A stretch of 64,000 nucleotides of DNA from Myxococcota bacterium (GTDB taxonomy: Bacteria > Myxococcota_A > UBA9160 > UBA6930). The position numbers and the translations under genes are program-made. The notes below the pieces were generated by a model. It did no database searches. It had not been told where the DNA came from and saw nothing but the letters and a program-made list of their open reading frames with translations. The stretch lies in assembly GCA_965223415.1 (NCBI GenBank), contig OZ245002.1:864001-928000 (forward strand), in the 5' to 3' direction. Positions 20,811 through 29,373 of the stretch are shown here, one piece after another. Position 1 is the first letter of the stretch. The number at the start of each line of letters is the position of its first letter.

Positions 20811-20874
20811 AAGAGTGGGGACGTTCCTTGCAACTTGCGCAATTGCGCAAGTTGCAAGGAACGTCCCCACTCTT
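20811..20874. repeat. Perfect 64-bp palindrome (REP-like; possible bidirectional terminator)
   Basis: AAGAGTGGGGACGTTCCTTGCAACTTGCGCAA followed directly by its exact reverse complement. Confidence 0.95.
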
Positions 20875-21552
20875 TCACTCTTTGGGATCGAAGAGGTAGA
20901 TGGCGGTGCGGAGGCCGGGCTGAAGGTAGAGCCAGGCGAGGGCGTGGAGCCCGAGGGACTTCTCGTGGTTGGGGTGGGCGGCCCGCAGCGCGAGACCGTT
21001 CGCGTTGGCGAGGGCTTCCAGGCGGGGCCGGGCGCTCGTCATGTGATGGACGATCAGGAGGCCTCCGGGGGCGAGCCAGCTCGGCGCGTGCTCGAAGAGC
21101 TTCGGGAGGAAGCCCGCCGCGCTGGCCCAGCGCGGGTGCCCGCCTCCGACGTCGGCCTCGGCGAAGGGCGGGCCGCAGAGCACGACGTCGAAGGGACCCT
21201 CCGGTGCGGCGCGAAAGACGTCGGCCTCCCGCGCCTCGACGTGGGTGAGGCCGAGCCGCTGCGCGTTCTCCCGCGTGCACGCGACGGCTTCGGGATCGAC
21301 GTCGAGGGCGAGGACCGACGCGCTGCGCCGCGCGGCGGCCAGGCCGAGCACACCGCAGCCGCAGCCCACGTCGAGCGCCCGGCCGCCTGGCGGCACCCAC
21401 GCGGCGACGCGCGCCTCGTTCTGGATCGGCTTGTACACGCCGGGTGCCACCCGCAGGCGCATCCCGTCCAGACGGATCCACGGCAGCAGCCGGTTGCACA
21501 GGCCGGCCCAGCGATAGTAGAGGGCGTAGACCCACGCGGGAAACGGCGGCAC
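20875..21552 (-). CDS. Class I SAM-dependent methyltransferase (HemK/MTS-like)
   Basis: VAPGVYKP, LDVGCGCG, DVDPEA, FDVVLCGPPF. Confidence 0.8.
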   Translation of the reverse strand: MPPFPAWVYALYYRWAGLCNRLLPWIRLDGMRLRVAPGVYKPIQNEARVAAWVPPGGRALDVGCGCGVLGLAAARRSASVLALDVDPEAVACTRENAQRLGLTHVEAREADVFRAAPEGPFDVVLCGPPFAEADVGGGHPRWASAAGFLPKLFEHAPSWLAPGGLLIVHHMTSARPRLEALANANGLALRAAHPNHEKSLGLHALAWLYLQPGLRTAIYLFDPKE

Positions 21553-21599
21553 GGGGCGAGAGTAGGGCTAGCATGGCGCCCGATCGAACGGAGGGATCC

Positions 21600-23021
21600 A
21601 TGCGCCGTCACCTCGCCACCGCCCTGCTCCTCCTCTGGGGCGCTGTCTGCCCGGCCCAGGTCGTCGCCCAAGCCGTCGAGGTGGACGCCGATCTCGTCGC
21701 CCGCCACCTGGCCGAGGCGATCCGCTTCCCCACCGTGAGCCACCAGGACCCGGAGCGCTTCGACGGCCAGCCCTTCGCCGAGCTGCTCGACTTCCTGGCC
21801 GCCACCTACCCGCGCGTCCACGAGCAGCTCCAGGTGGAGCGGATCGCGAGCTACAGCCTGCTCGTCACCTGGCCGGGCAGCGATCCCTCCCTCGCGCCCG
21901 CGCTCTTCATGTCCCACACCGACGTGGTGCCCGTCGAAGCGGAAGCCCTCGAAGGCTGGACCCACCCGCCCTTCGGCGGCGTCATTGACGACGAGTTCGT
22001 CTGGGGCCGCGGCGCCCTCGACGTGAAGAGCGGCGTGATCGGCTGGCTCGAGGCGGCCGAGGCGCTCCTCGCCGAGGGCTTCGCCCCGGCGCGCACCCTC
22101 TACTTCGCCTTCGGCCACGACGAGGAGATCGGCGGCGACCAGGGCGCCGCAGCCCTCGCCGCCACCCTTCGGGAGCGCGGCGTGCGCCTCTCCTTCCTGG
22201 TCGACGAGGGCGGCTTCCTCACCGAGGATCTGGGCCTCGTGCCGGGCCGCATCGTCGCCCAGATCAACACCGCCGAGAAGACCTACTTCACGATCCACCT
22301 GACCGCGCGCAGCGAGGGCGGCCATTCATCGACGCCCCCGGAGCACACCGCCGTCGGCAAGCTCGCCACGGCCATCCACCGCCTGGAGGCGAACCCCTTC
22401 CCCCTCCGCTTCACCCAGCCGGTGCGCGATTCCTTCGATGCGCTGCGGCCCCACCTCCCCTTCCCGCGCCGCCTGATGCTCGGCAACCTCTGGCTCTTCG
22501 GCCCCCTGGTGAAGCGCCAGCTCGCGGAGGAGCCCTTCCAGGCCGCGATGCTGCGCACCACGACGGCGGCCACCATGATCTCCGGCGGCGTGAAGGAGAA
22601 CGTGGTGCCGAAGCGCGCCACCGCAGCCGTGAACTTCCGCATCCTGCCCGGCGAGACCCCGGACGACGTGCTCGCCCGGGTGCGCGACGTGATCGACGAT
22701 CCCGAGATCGAGATCCACTCCGACGCCTGGTCCGAGGCTCCGCGGCCCGGGTCCGTCGGCGGCCCGGGCTACCGGGTGCTCAGCGAGGCGGTCCACGAGA
22801 TCTACCCGGAGGCTGTGATCGTGCCCGGCATGCTGCTCGGGGCCACCGACACGCGGCACTACGCCGACATCGTCGACGACGCCTACCGTTTCCTGGGCGC
22901 CATCGTCACCCGGGCCCAGATCACCGGCGTGCACGGAACCGACGAGCGCATCGGCGTGGAGAGCATGGCCAACGCCGTGCGGCTGCAGGCGGAGGTGTTG
23001 CGCCGCGCCGGCGCGCCCTGA
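21600..23021 (+). CDS. M20 family metallopeptidase (carboxypeptidase S / PM20D1-like), secreted
   Basis: Signal peptide; SHTDVVP, GRGALDVK, GHDEE, DEGG, GGHSS, GATD, HGTDER. Confidence 0.92.
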   Translation: MRRHLATALLLLWGAVCPAQVVAQAVEVDADLVARHLAEAIRFPTVSHQDPERFDGQPFAELLDFLAATYPRVHEQLQVERIASYSLLVTWPGSDPSLAPALFMSHTDVVPVEAEALEGWTHPPFGGVIDDEFVWGRGALDVKSGVIGWLEAAEALLAEGFAPARTLYFAFGHDEEIGGDQGAAALAATLRERGVRLSFLVDEGGFLTEDLGLVPGRIVAQINTAEKTYFTIHLTARSEGGHSSTPPEHTAVGKLATAIHRLEANPFPLRFTQPVRDSFDALRPHLPFPRRLMLGNLWLFGPLVKRQLAEEPFQAAMLRTTTAATMISGGVKENVVPKRATAAVNFRILPGETPDDVLARVRDVIDDPEIEIHSDAWSEAPRPGSVGGPGYRVLSEAVHEIYPEAVIVPGMLLGATDTRHYADIVDDAYRFLGAIVTRAQITGVHGTDERIGVESMANAVRLQAEVLRRAGAP

Positions 23022-23049
23022 CGGGTTGGCGGCGCTGCCCCGACCGCGC

Positions 23050-23418
23050 TCACCCGCCGACCTCGCGATCGCGCAGCGCGCACCAGGCCTTCACGACGGC
23101 GCGGATCTCCGCCCGGGCCGCCTTCACCTCCGCCGCATCGGCAAAGCGCATCATGCGCACGGTCTTGCCGTCCCCCTCGATGCGTGGGCTCGCGTTCGCC
23201 AGCTCGGCGCCGCGGTGCAGCATCAATCCCACGTGGGCCTTCGTGCGCGGGTTGATGCTGGCGAAGTTGCCCTGGTAGGTGAAGGTCGGGCTCTTCCACT
23301 TGACGCACTCGCCCATCCGCCGGTCGGCGGCCAGGATCTCGCGGCGCAGCGCGCGGATCGCCGGGAGGAGGGAATGGTCGGACGCGGCGAGCCAGGCGTC
23401 GACCTGCTTGCGCGTCAC
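23050..23418 (-). CDS. DUF1801 (YdhG-like) protein
   Basis: LRREILAAD, ECVKWKSPTF, LMLHRGA. Confidence 0.82.
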   Translation of the reverse strand: MTRKQVDAWLAASDHSLLPAIRALRREILAADRRMGECVKWKSPTFTYQGNFASINPRTKAHVGLMLHRGAELANASPRIEGDGKTVRMMRFADAAEVKAARAEIRAVVKAWCALRDREVGG

Positions 23419-23741
23419 CCCCTCGTCCTCTTTCGCTCGGCTGCCCGCTGCAGCCGGACGAGCCCGAGGGACCAGTAGGTGTCGAGCTGCGCGAACACGT
23501 CGCGCAGCGAGGCGCGGTCCGAGGCGTAGAGCCGCTTCGTTCCCTCCTCGCGCACCGTCAGCAAGCGAGCGTCGAGCAGCACCTTCAGGTGCTGGGAGAC
23601 GGCGGGCCGGCTCAGGTCGAAGGCCCGCGCCACCTCCGAGGCAGCCACCTCCCGCTCCGCCACGAGATGCAGGATCTCCCGCCGGGTCGGATCCGAGAGC
23701 GCCCGCATCTGCTCGTCCAGCCGTTCGGCTCTAGACGGCAC
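23415..23741 (-). CDS. ArsR/SmtB family transcriptional regulator
   Basis: ALSDPTRREIL, LSRPAVSQHLKVL, GTKRLY. Confidence 0.92.
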   Translation of the reverse strand: MPSRAERLDEQMRALSDPTRREILHLVAEREVAASEVARAFDLSRPAVSQHLKVLLDARLLTVREEGTKRLYASDRASLRDVFAQLDTYWSLGLVRLQRAAERKRTRG

Positions 23742-24135
23742 GGACGAGCTCGGGCAGGAAGTGGTGCCAGCCGTCCCCGACCGGGTCGCCGACCGCGAAG
23801 CCCGTGTGCCGCAGCGCGATCCGGGTGCCCGCCCCCTCCGCCGAGAGCCGCACCTCCACCCGACTGCTCCCGGCCGGCGTCGCTCCGTCGCCCGCCTCGA
23901 AGCCCCAGGTGAAGGCGACGAGGTGGGGCGGCTCCACCTCCTGGAACACCCCGGCCAGGACGGCGCCGTTCGCGTGGCGGACCCACCACTCCCCTCCGGG
24001 CTTCGGATCCAGGCGCACCTCGACGCCGTGCCACTCGAGCATCCGGGCCGGCTCGGTGAAGTAGCGGAACACCTCGCCGACGGGAGCGGCGACCCAGTGG
24101 ACGAGCTCGAAGGCGGGGATGTCCGGAGTGTCCAT
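23731..24135 (-). CDS. SRPBCC / AHSA1 (START-like) domain protein
   Basis: VFRYFTEP..MLEW, EVEPPHLVAFTWG, GWHHFL. Confidence 0.88.
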   Translation of the reverse strand: MDTPDIPAFELVHWVAAPVGEVFRYFTEPARMLEWHGVEVRLDPKPGGEWWVRHANGAVLAGVFQEVEPPHLVAFTWGFEAGDGATPAGSSRVEVRLSAEGAGTRIALRHTGFAVGDPVGDGWHHFLPELVRAV

Positions 24136-24144
24136 CCGATCTAA

Positions 24145-24162
24145 CGTAAGTGATTTCTTACG
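24145..24162. promoter_or_regulatory. Putative ArsR operator (CGTAAG-N6-CTTACG)
   Basis: AT-rich perfect 6-bp inverted repeat 10 bp upstream of the SRPBCC-ArsR-DUF1801 operon start. Confidence 0.6.
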
Positions 24163-25204
24163 GATGGACCAGCGCCGATCGATAGGGCGCCGGATCGAAC
24201 CCCAGCGGCCCGTAGCGCGCGGTCACCGCCTCGACGGTCTCCCGCGTCCAGTAGGCGTGCCCCGGCGCCGGGAAGCCGAGCACGCAGCGCTGATCGACGC
24301 TCGCCCCCGCGAGCAGCCGCTCCAGCGGCTGGCCAGGCCGGTACATCGCCCAGGCCCAGCCGGCGTGGAGCACGCTCACCCACTCGCTCCCCGCCTTGCG
24401 CAGGGTCATGTTGTGCACGAGGCGGAGGGTGCCGGGGCGCAGCGGCGTGCCGCGGTGCCAGGTGTCGTGGCGGTAGAAGAGGATGCTGCCGACGCGGTAG
24501 CGGGCCTCGACCTCGCGAGGGTAGAGGTGGCGGCGGCGCCATTCGGCGACGTCCGGCGCCTCCCGCCCGAGGGCGGCTTCGGCCCGGGCGCGGTCGTTGA
24601 TCCAGGGCAGGGCTCCCACGCCGGGCGTCCCCACCACGGGCCACGGATAGGCGGGGTCGCCGGGGCCGGTGCGCGGCACCACCCGGGTCGCGCCGCCGCA
24701 CTCGTCCACGTCGCTCAAGTAGAGGATCAGCTCGACGGCCTCGGGCTCGTCCCACGGCGGAGGGTGGGTGAGGGTGTGGTTCGGGTAGTCGACGTGGATG
24801 CGCTGGTCGGCGTTGTCGAAGTCGTCCCGGCCGGAGGACGCGCGGCCGTACTTCGGCCACAGGTCGGCCTGGGTGAGGCGAAGCTCGCGCACGGGCGCAC
24901 CGAGGAGCTGGGCGGCCGCGCTCAGCAAGCGGGGATGGAGCGTGAGCTCGTTCAGCGCCTCGCAGGGGGCCGGGAAGCTCATGCGGCCGAGGCTTCCGAA
25001 GTCCCGGATCCCGTCGGCGCCGGGGCTTCCCGGAGCGGGTACGCGGGCGAGGGCGTCGGCGCGCACCCGCTCCACCAAGGCTTCAGGGAGCACGCCGTCC
25101 ACGAGGGTGAAACCTTGCCGTCGCCAACCCGTGACCTGCTCCGGGGTGAGCACCTCGCCCGCTTCCGGGTCGGGCCGTGCGGCTCCGGGAACGACCCCCC
25201 CCAA
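24158..25204 (-). CDS. Phytanoyl-CoA dioxygenase (PhyH) family Fe(II)/2-oxoglutarate dioxygenase
   Basis: LTPEQV..WRRQGF, HVD triad, LYLSDVDECGGAT, WHRG; start approximate. Confidence 0.8.
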   Translation of the reverse strand: MGGVVPGAARPDPEAGEVLTPEQVTGWRRQGFTLVDGVLPEALVERVRADALARVPAPGSPGADGIRDFGSLGRMSFPAPCEALNELTLHPRLLSAAAQLLGAPVRELRLTQADLWPKYGRASSGRDDFDNADQRIHVDYPNHTLTHPPPWDEPEAVELILYLSDVDECGGATRVVPRTGPGDPAYPWPVVGTPGVGALPWINDRARAEAALGREAPDVAEWRRRHLYPREVEARYRVGSILFYRHDTWHRGTPLRPGTLRLVHNMTLRKAGSEWVSVLHAGWAWAMYRPGQPLERLLAGASVDQRCVLGFPAPGHAYWTRETVEAVTARYGPLGFDPAPYRSALVHP

Positions 25205-25209
25205 GGGCG

Positions 25210-26004
25210 TCAGGCCAGGTTGCCCGGCACGTAGGGGTGGGAACTCGAGAGGCCGCCGTCCACGGCGAGGGCCTGGCCGTTCACGTAGCTGCTCTCGTCG
25301 CTGGCGAGGAAGACGGCAGCCTGGGCGATCTCGACGGGCTCCGCGTAGCGCTTCAGCGGATTGAGCTGGCCGATCTTATGGCCCTTGCCCGCCGCCCGCG
25401 CTGCGTCGAAGATCGGCTTCGTCATGCCGGTCTCGGTGAGGCCGGGGCAGATCGCGTTCACCCGCACGCCGGTACCCGCCAGCTGGTAGGCCGCGGTCTG
25501 GACCAGGCTGATCACGCCGGCCTTGCTCGCGCTGTAGGGGCTCGGGCCGGCGCCGGAGCGAAGCCCCGCCACCGACGCGGTGCACAGGATGGAGCCGCCC
25601 CCATGCGCGCACATGTGGGCGGCGCCGTGCTTCACGGCGAGGAAGGGGCCGATCAGGTTCACCCGCAGCACCCCCTCCCAGTCGGCGGCGTCCAGCTCGA
25701 GGATCGCCTTGGGCTCCCCGCCCACGCCGGCGTTCGCGTAGATCACCTCCAGACCGCCGAGCTCCCGCACGGCCTCGGCCACCAGTCCGGCGACGCCGAC
25801 CTCGTCGCCGGCGTCCGCCTCCCGGGCCAGCACGCTTCCGCCGACCTTCTCGATCGCCTCTGCGGTCTCGGCGAGACCCGGGCCGGAGAGGTCCGAGACG
25901 AGCACCGCGGCGCCCTCCTCGGCAAAGCGAAGGGCGGTAGCGCGGCCGATGCCGCTCCCCGCCCCGGTGACGATGGCTCGCTTGCCCTCGAGTCGACCTG
26001 CCAT
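25210..26004 (-). CDS. SDR family oxidoreductase
   Basis: [27 protein letters not shown]. Confidence 0.93.
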   Translation of the reverse strand: MAGRLEGKRAIVTGAGSGIGRATALRFAEEGAAVLVSDLSGPGLAETAEAIEKVGGSVLAREADAGDEVGVAGLVAEAVRELGGLEVIYANAGVGGEPKAILELDAADWEGVLRVNLIGPFLAVKHGAAHMCAHGGGSILCTASVAGLRSGAGPSPYSASKAGVISLVQTAAYQLAGTGVRVNAICPGLTETGMTKPIFDAARAAGKGHKIGQLNPLKRYAEPVEIAQAAVFLASDESSYVNGQALAVDGGLSSSHPYVPGNLA

Positions 26005-26047
26005 GATTGCGCGCACACCTCCGTTCGAGCCCGAGAAGGGGGCGATG

Positions 26048-27106
26048 TTAGCGCTCGAAGGGCAGCACCTCCGCTCTCGCCGCACCCGACCACAGAGCCC
26101 ATACCTCGGCTTCGAGCTCGCGGCAACGCTCGACCACCGCCCACCAGCGCCCGATGCGCTCCTCGCTGGGAAGCTCCTCGAAGTCTGCGCGGTCGGGAAC
26201 CTTTGCACCGGGTAGGCTGGCGACGAAGGCCTGCGACGGGGCGATCGTCACCACGCGGTCCAGATCGTCCGGATGGGGACGCCGCCAGCGCAGCGGCTTG
26301 TCGAACCAGCCCGGGGTGATGCGGTCGAAGAAGTGGGGGAAGAGGATCAAGCCCGGGGCCGTGCGGAAGCGGAAGTCGAAGTGGTAGTCGAGGATGCCGC
26401 CGTCGAGGTAGAGACCCAGGCGCGCGCCCGCGGGATCGAGAACGCCTTCCATGAGGAGCGGGATGGAGCCGCTGGCGGCGAGCGCCCTGGCCAGGTTGTC
26501 CTCGCACAGGGTCACCCGCTCGGCACCGTCCCCGCGAAAGCGGACGGCTCCCACCTCGGGCGCGAAGACGATGCGCTCGAAGAACGCACCCAGGCTGGCT
26601 CGCGAAGCGGCGTTCGCGAGGGCTGCGGCTCCGAGGCCCGCGCGAAAGGCCGCGCCGGTGCCGCGTCGCCCGGCGCGCCAGCGCGCGGTGACGACGTGGT
26701 TGCGAAGGAAGGGATGGCCGACGATCTCGCCGGCACCTCCGCCCTCGAGCATCGCCTCGACGATGCGGGTGGTCTCGCCGCTCACTTCGGCTTGGCTCGG
26801 CCGCCCTCCGCTGTCATAACGCTGCTCGACGTAGGCCCGCTCGAGGGTCCCGATCGCCGCAATCGGATCCCGGCGCGAGAGGGCGGCGTGGCGGAAGCTC
26901 CCGATGGAGGAGCCGAGCAGATCGAGGGGCTCCTTGCGATCCGCCAGCAGCCAGCCGGCCAGGGCGCGGTCGATGCGGCTCAGCACGAGCCACTTCGGGC
27001 CACCAGAGGCTCCGACCAGCGTGGTGAATGCGCCGGGGCGCCAGCCGTCCCGTTCGAGCTGCGCCCGCGCACGGGCGCCGGCCCGGATCACCAGCGACGA
27101 GGACAC
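26048..27106 (-). CDS. Patatin-like phospholipase family protein
   Basis: [13 protein letters not shown] (GxSxG), ASGSIP, YLDGG; GGAGG RBS 8 nt before the GTG. Confidence 0.8.
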   Translation of the reverse strand: MSSSLVIRAGARARAQLERDGWRPGAFTTLVGASGGPKWLVLSRIDRALAGWLLADRKEPLDLLGSSIGSFRHAALSRRDPIAAIGTLERAYVEQRYDSGGRPSQAEVSGETTRIVEAMLEGGGAGEIVGHPFLRNHVVTARWRAGRRGTGAAFRAGLGAAALANAASRASLGAFFERIVFAPEVGAVRFRGDGAERVTLCEDNLARALAASGSIPLLMEGVLDPAGARLGLYLDGGILDYHFDFRFRTAPGLILFPHFFDRITPGWFDKPLRWRRPHPDDLDRVVTIAPSQAFVASLPGAKVPDRADFEELPSEERIGRWWAVVERCRELEAEVWALWSGAARAEVLPFER

Positions 27107-27153
27107 GATCGACACCTCCGGAAGCGGGCCGGCAGTCTGGCATACTCGGCGCC

Positions 27154-28410
27154 GTGACGGAGGAGCCCACGCCCGAGAGACGCCCCGCACCACGGGGCGT
27201 GCGGGGCGCCTGGAGCACGCTTCGCCTTCCCCACTTCGGCACGCTCCTGGGCTCGAACTTCGTGCAGTTCCTGTGCGCGACGATCCTCTCCATGGCGCTC
27301 CAGTGACTGGTCACGGGGCTCACACCGTCCCGCACGGTGCTCGGCCTCGTGGGCTTCGTGCAAGGAGGTGCGGTGGCCCTGCTCTCCCCGGCCGGTGGCG
27401 TGCTCGCCGATCGCTTCCCGAAGCGCGATCTGCTCGTCGTCGGCCGCGCGCTGATCGCGGCGATCGCGTTCGGCGTGGGGGCCCTCGTCGCGAGCGAGAC
27501 CATCGCGATCGCCCACGTGCTGATCGCCTCCTTCCTGGGCGGCGTGCTGGCCGCGGGGCTCCAGCCCGCGACCCAGACCTACGTCTTCGACCTGGTCGGC
27601 CGCGAGCGGGTCGAGAGCGCGGTGGCGCTGAACGCCACCGGCGGCGGCATCGCCCAGGTGGCGGGGCCGGCCCTGGCGGGAAGCCTGATCGCGGCGGTCG
27701 GCCTCGCGTTCACCTTCATGGGCGCTGCGGCCGGCGTGCTGGTGGCGGGGCTCCTGCTCCTCGTGGTGCCCGTGCGCGGCACCAGCGGCGCGGCCCGCCG
27801 TCGTGTGCTCGACGATCTCCGCGAGGGCTTCGTCTGGGTGCGGAACGATCCGCCGGTTCGCCTCGTGCTCATCGGCTGCACGATGGCGATCTTCAACGGC
27901 GCCGTCTTCTCGATGCGCGCCGTCTTCGCCCGCCACGTGCTCGAGGTGGGCAGCCTCGGTTACGGCGGCCTCGCGGCGGCCCAGGGCGCGGGCACCGTGG
28001 TCGTCGCGTTGCTCCTCACCGGCCTGCCCCTGCGCAGGCCGGGCATCGCGATTATCGCCAGCATGCTGGGCTACGCCGCCTGCATCGTCGCCTACGCCCT
28101 CGCCTTCTCCTATGAGTACGTTCTCGCCATCGAATTCCTGCTGGGGGTGACCGGCCAGGTCTGGAACGTCACCACGGTCTCGGGCCTCCAGCTCGCCGTG
28201 CCGGAGGCCATGCGCGGGCGCATCCTCGGCATGGTGTTCATGCTCGCCCAGCTCGGCTTCCTGGGCCAGCTCGCCGTGGGAGTGCTGGCGGACCGGGTGG
28301 GGGACCAGCTCGCCCTGGGCATCTTCGGCGTGATTCCCACCGTCGTGCTGACCGGCGTGCTGGTGATGGGGTGGAGGCTCTTGCGACAGGTCGGCGCGTT
28401 CCGAGCCTAA
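27154..28410 (+). pseudogene. MFS transporter (DHA3-like) interrupted by a single in-frame TGA at 27304-27306
   Basis: One continuous frame ...SMALQ*LVTGLTPSRTVLGLVG...; GGVLADRFPKR motif A; multiple TM helices. Confidence 0.8.
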
Positions 28411-29300
28411 CGTTCCAGGTCGGTGGCCACGAAGCGCACGAAGTCGTCGGGCTTCACGAAGCCCTTGCCCCAGGTGGCGTCCAGGTCTTCGGTCGGCCTG
28501 GCCGCGACCACCTCGTCGACGCTTCGACCGGCCACGAGGGCGGCGCGGATGCGGTCGCGGACGGTGACGAGCATGTCGCGGTACGCCTGGAGCTCGGCCC
28601 GGCTCGAGAGAGGGCCGTGGCCGGGGAGGATGCGGGTGTCGTCGTCGGCTCGGGCGAGCACGGAGTCGGTGGCGGAGATGACGCCGTCGATCGTGCCGCC
28701 GCTGCCGACGTCGATGAAGGGGTAGGTGCCGGCGAAGAAGGTGTCGCCCATGTGGACGGCATTGCGGTCCGTGAACCAGACCAGGGCGTCGCCGTCCGTG
28801 TGGGCGGGCGGCACGTGCACCACCTCGGTGGTCACGCCGTTCAGGTGGAAGGTGACCGCGGTCGGAAAGGTCACGACCGGCAGGGCGGCGGGGGGCGAGG
28901 GCGGAGCGTCGCGGCCAAGGGCCTCCATCACCTGCCGCACGCTCATGCGCGCCCGCACGTTTTCGTGGGCGACGATCACCGCGCCGCCCATGCCCAGGCT
29001 CTCGTTGCCGCCGGTGTGATCGCCGTGCCAGTGGGTGTTCACGACGAAGCGGATCGGGCCGGGATCGATGGCAGCCACAGCGGCGAGGATCTTCTCGGTG
29101 AGCGGCGCGAATTGGTCGTCTACGAGGAAGACGCCGTCCGCGCCGGACAGCACGGCGATGTTGCCGCCGCGGCCGACGAGCATGTGGAGGCCTTCCGCCA
29201 CGGGCACGGTCCGGATCTCGACGTCCGAGAAATCCTGGGCGGAGAGACCCGCCGGCAGGAGGAGGCTGAGGACCCAGAGGAGAGACGCGAAACGCAGCAT
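28407..29300 (-). CDS. MBL-fold metallo-hydrolase (cyclase-like), secreted
   Basis: Signal peptide; NTHWHGDHTGGN, AHTDGD, HMGD, PGHG. Confidence 0.92.
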   Translation of the reverse strand: MLRFASLLWVLSLLLPAGLSAQDFSDVEIRTVPVAEGLHMLVGRGGNIAVLSGADGVFLVDDQFAPLTEKILAAVAAIDPGPIRFVVNTHWHGDHTGGNESLGMGGAVIVAHENVRARMSVRQVMEALGRDAPPSPPAALPVVTFPTAVTFHLNGVTTEVVHVPPAHTDGDALVWFTDRNAVHMGDTFFAGTYPFIDVGSGGTIDGVISATDSVLARADDDTRILPGHGPLSSRAELQAYRDMLVTVRDRIRAALVAGRSVDEVVAARPTEDLDATWGKGFVKPDDFVRFVATDLER

Positions 29301-29373
29301 GGCCCGATGGCAGCTCGTCTCGGGGCCCTTGGCAAGCTCGGGCCGGCAACGCAACATGCGGGCGGAGGTCGCC

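Noticed and set aside
20506..21738. 410-aa plus-strand ORF as a single real gene
   Set aside because: Only about the first 75-85 codons look coding; the rest reads through the palindrome and antisense to the methyltransferase
27304..27306. In-frame TGA as selenocysteine or as a sign of genetic code 4/25
   Set aside because: The position fits Trp in a TM helix rather than a catalytic Cys, and TGA ends many genes in this window normally
29347..29356. CAACGCAACA between divergent genes, matching the flank of repeat copy 4
   Set aside because: 10-bp match without the conserved core; not enough evidence to call a site
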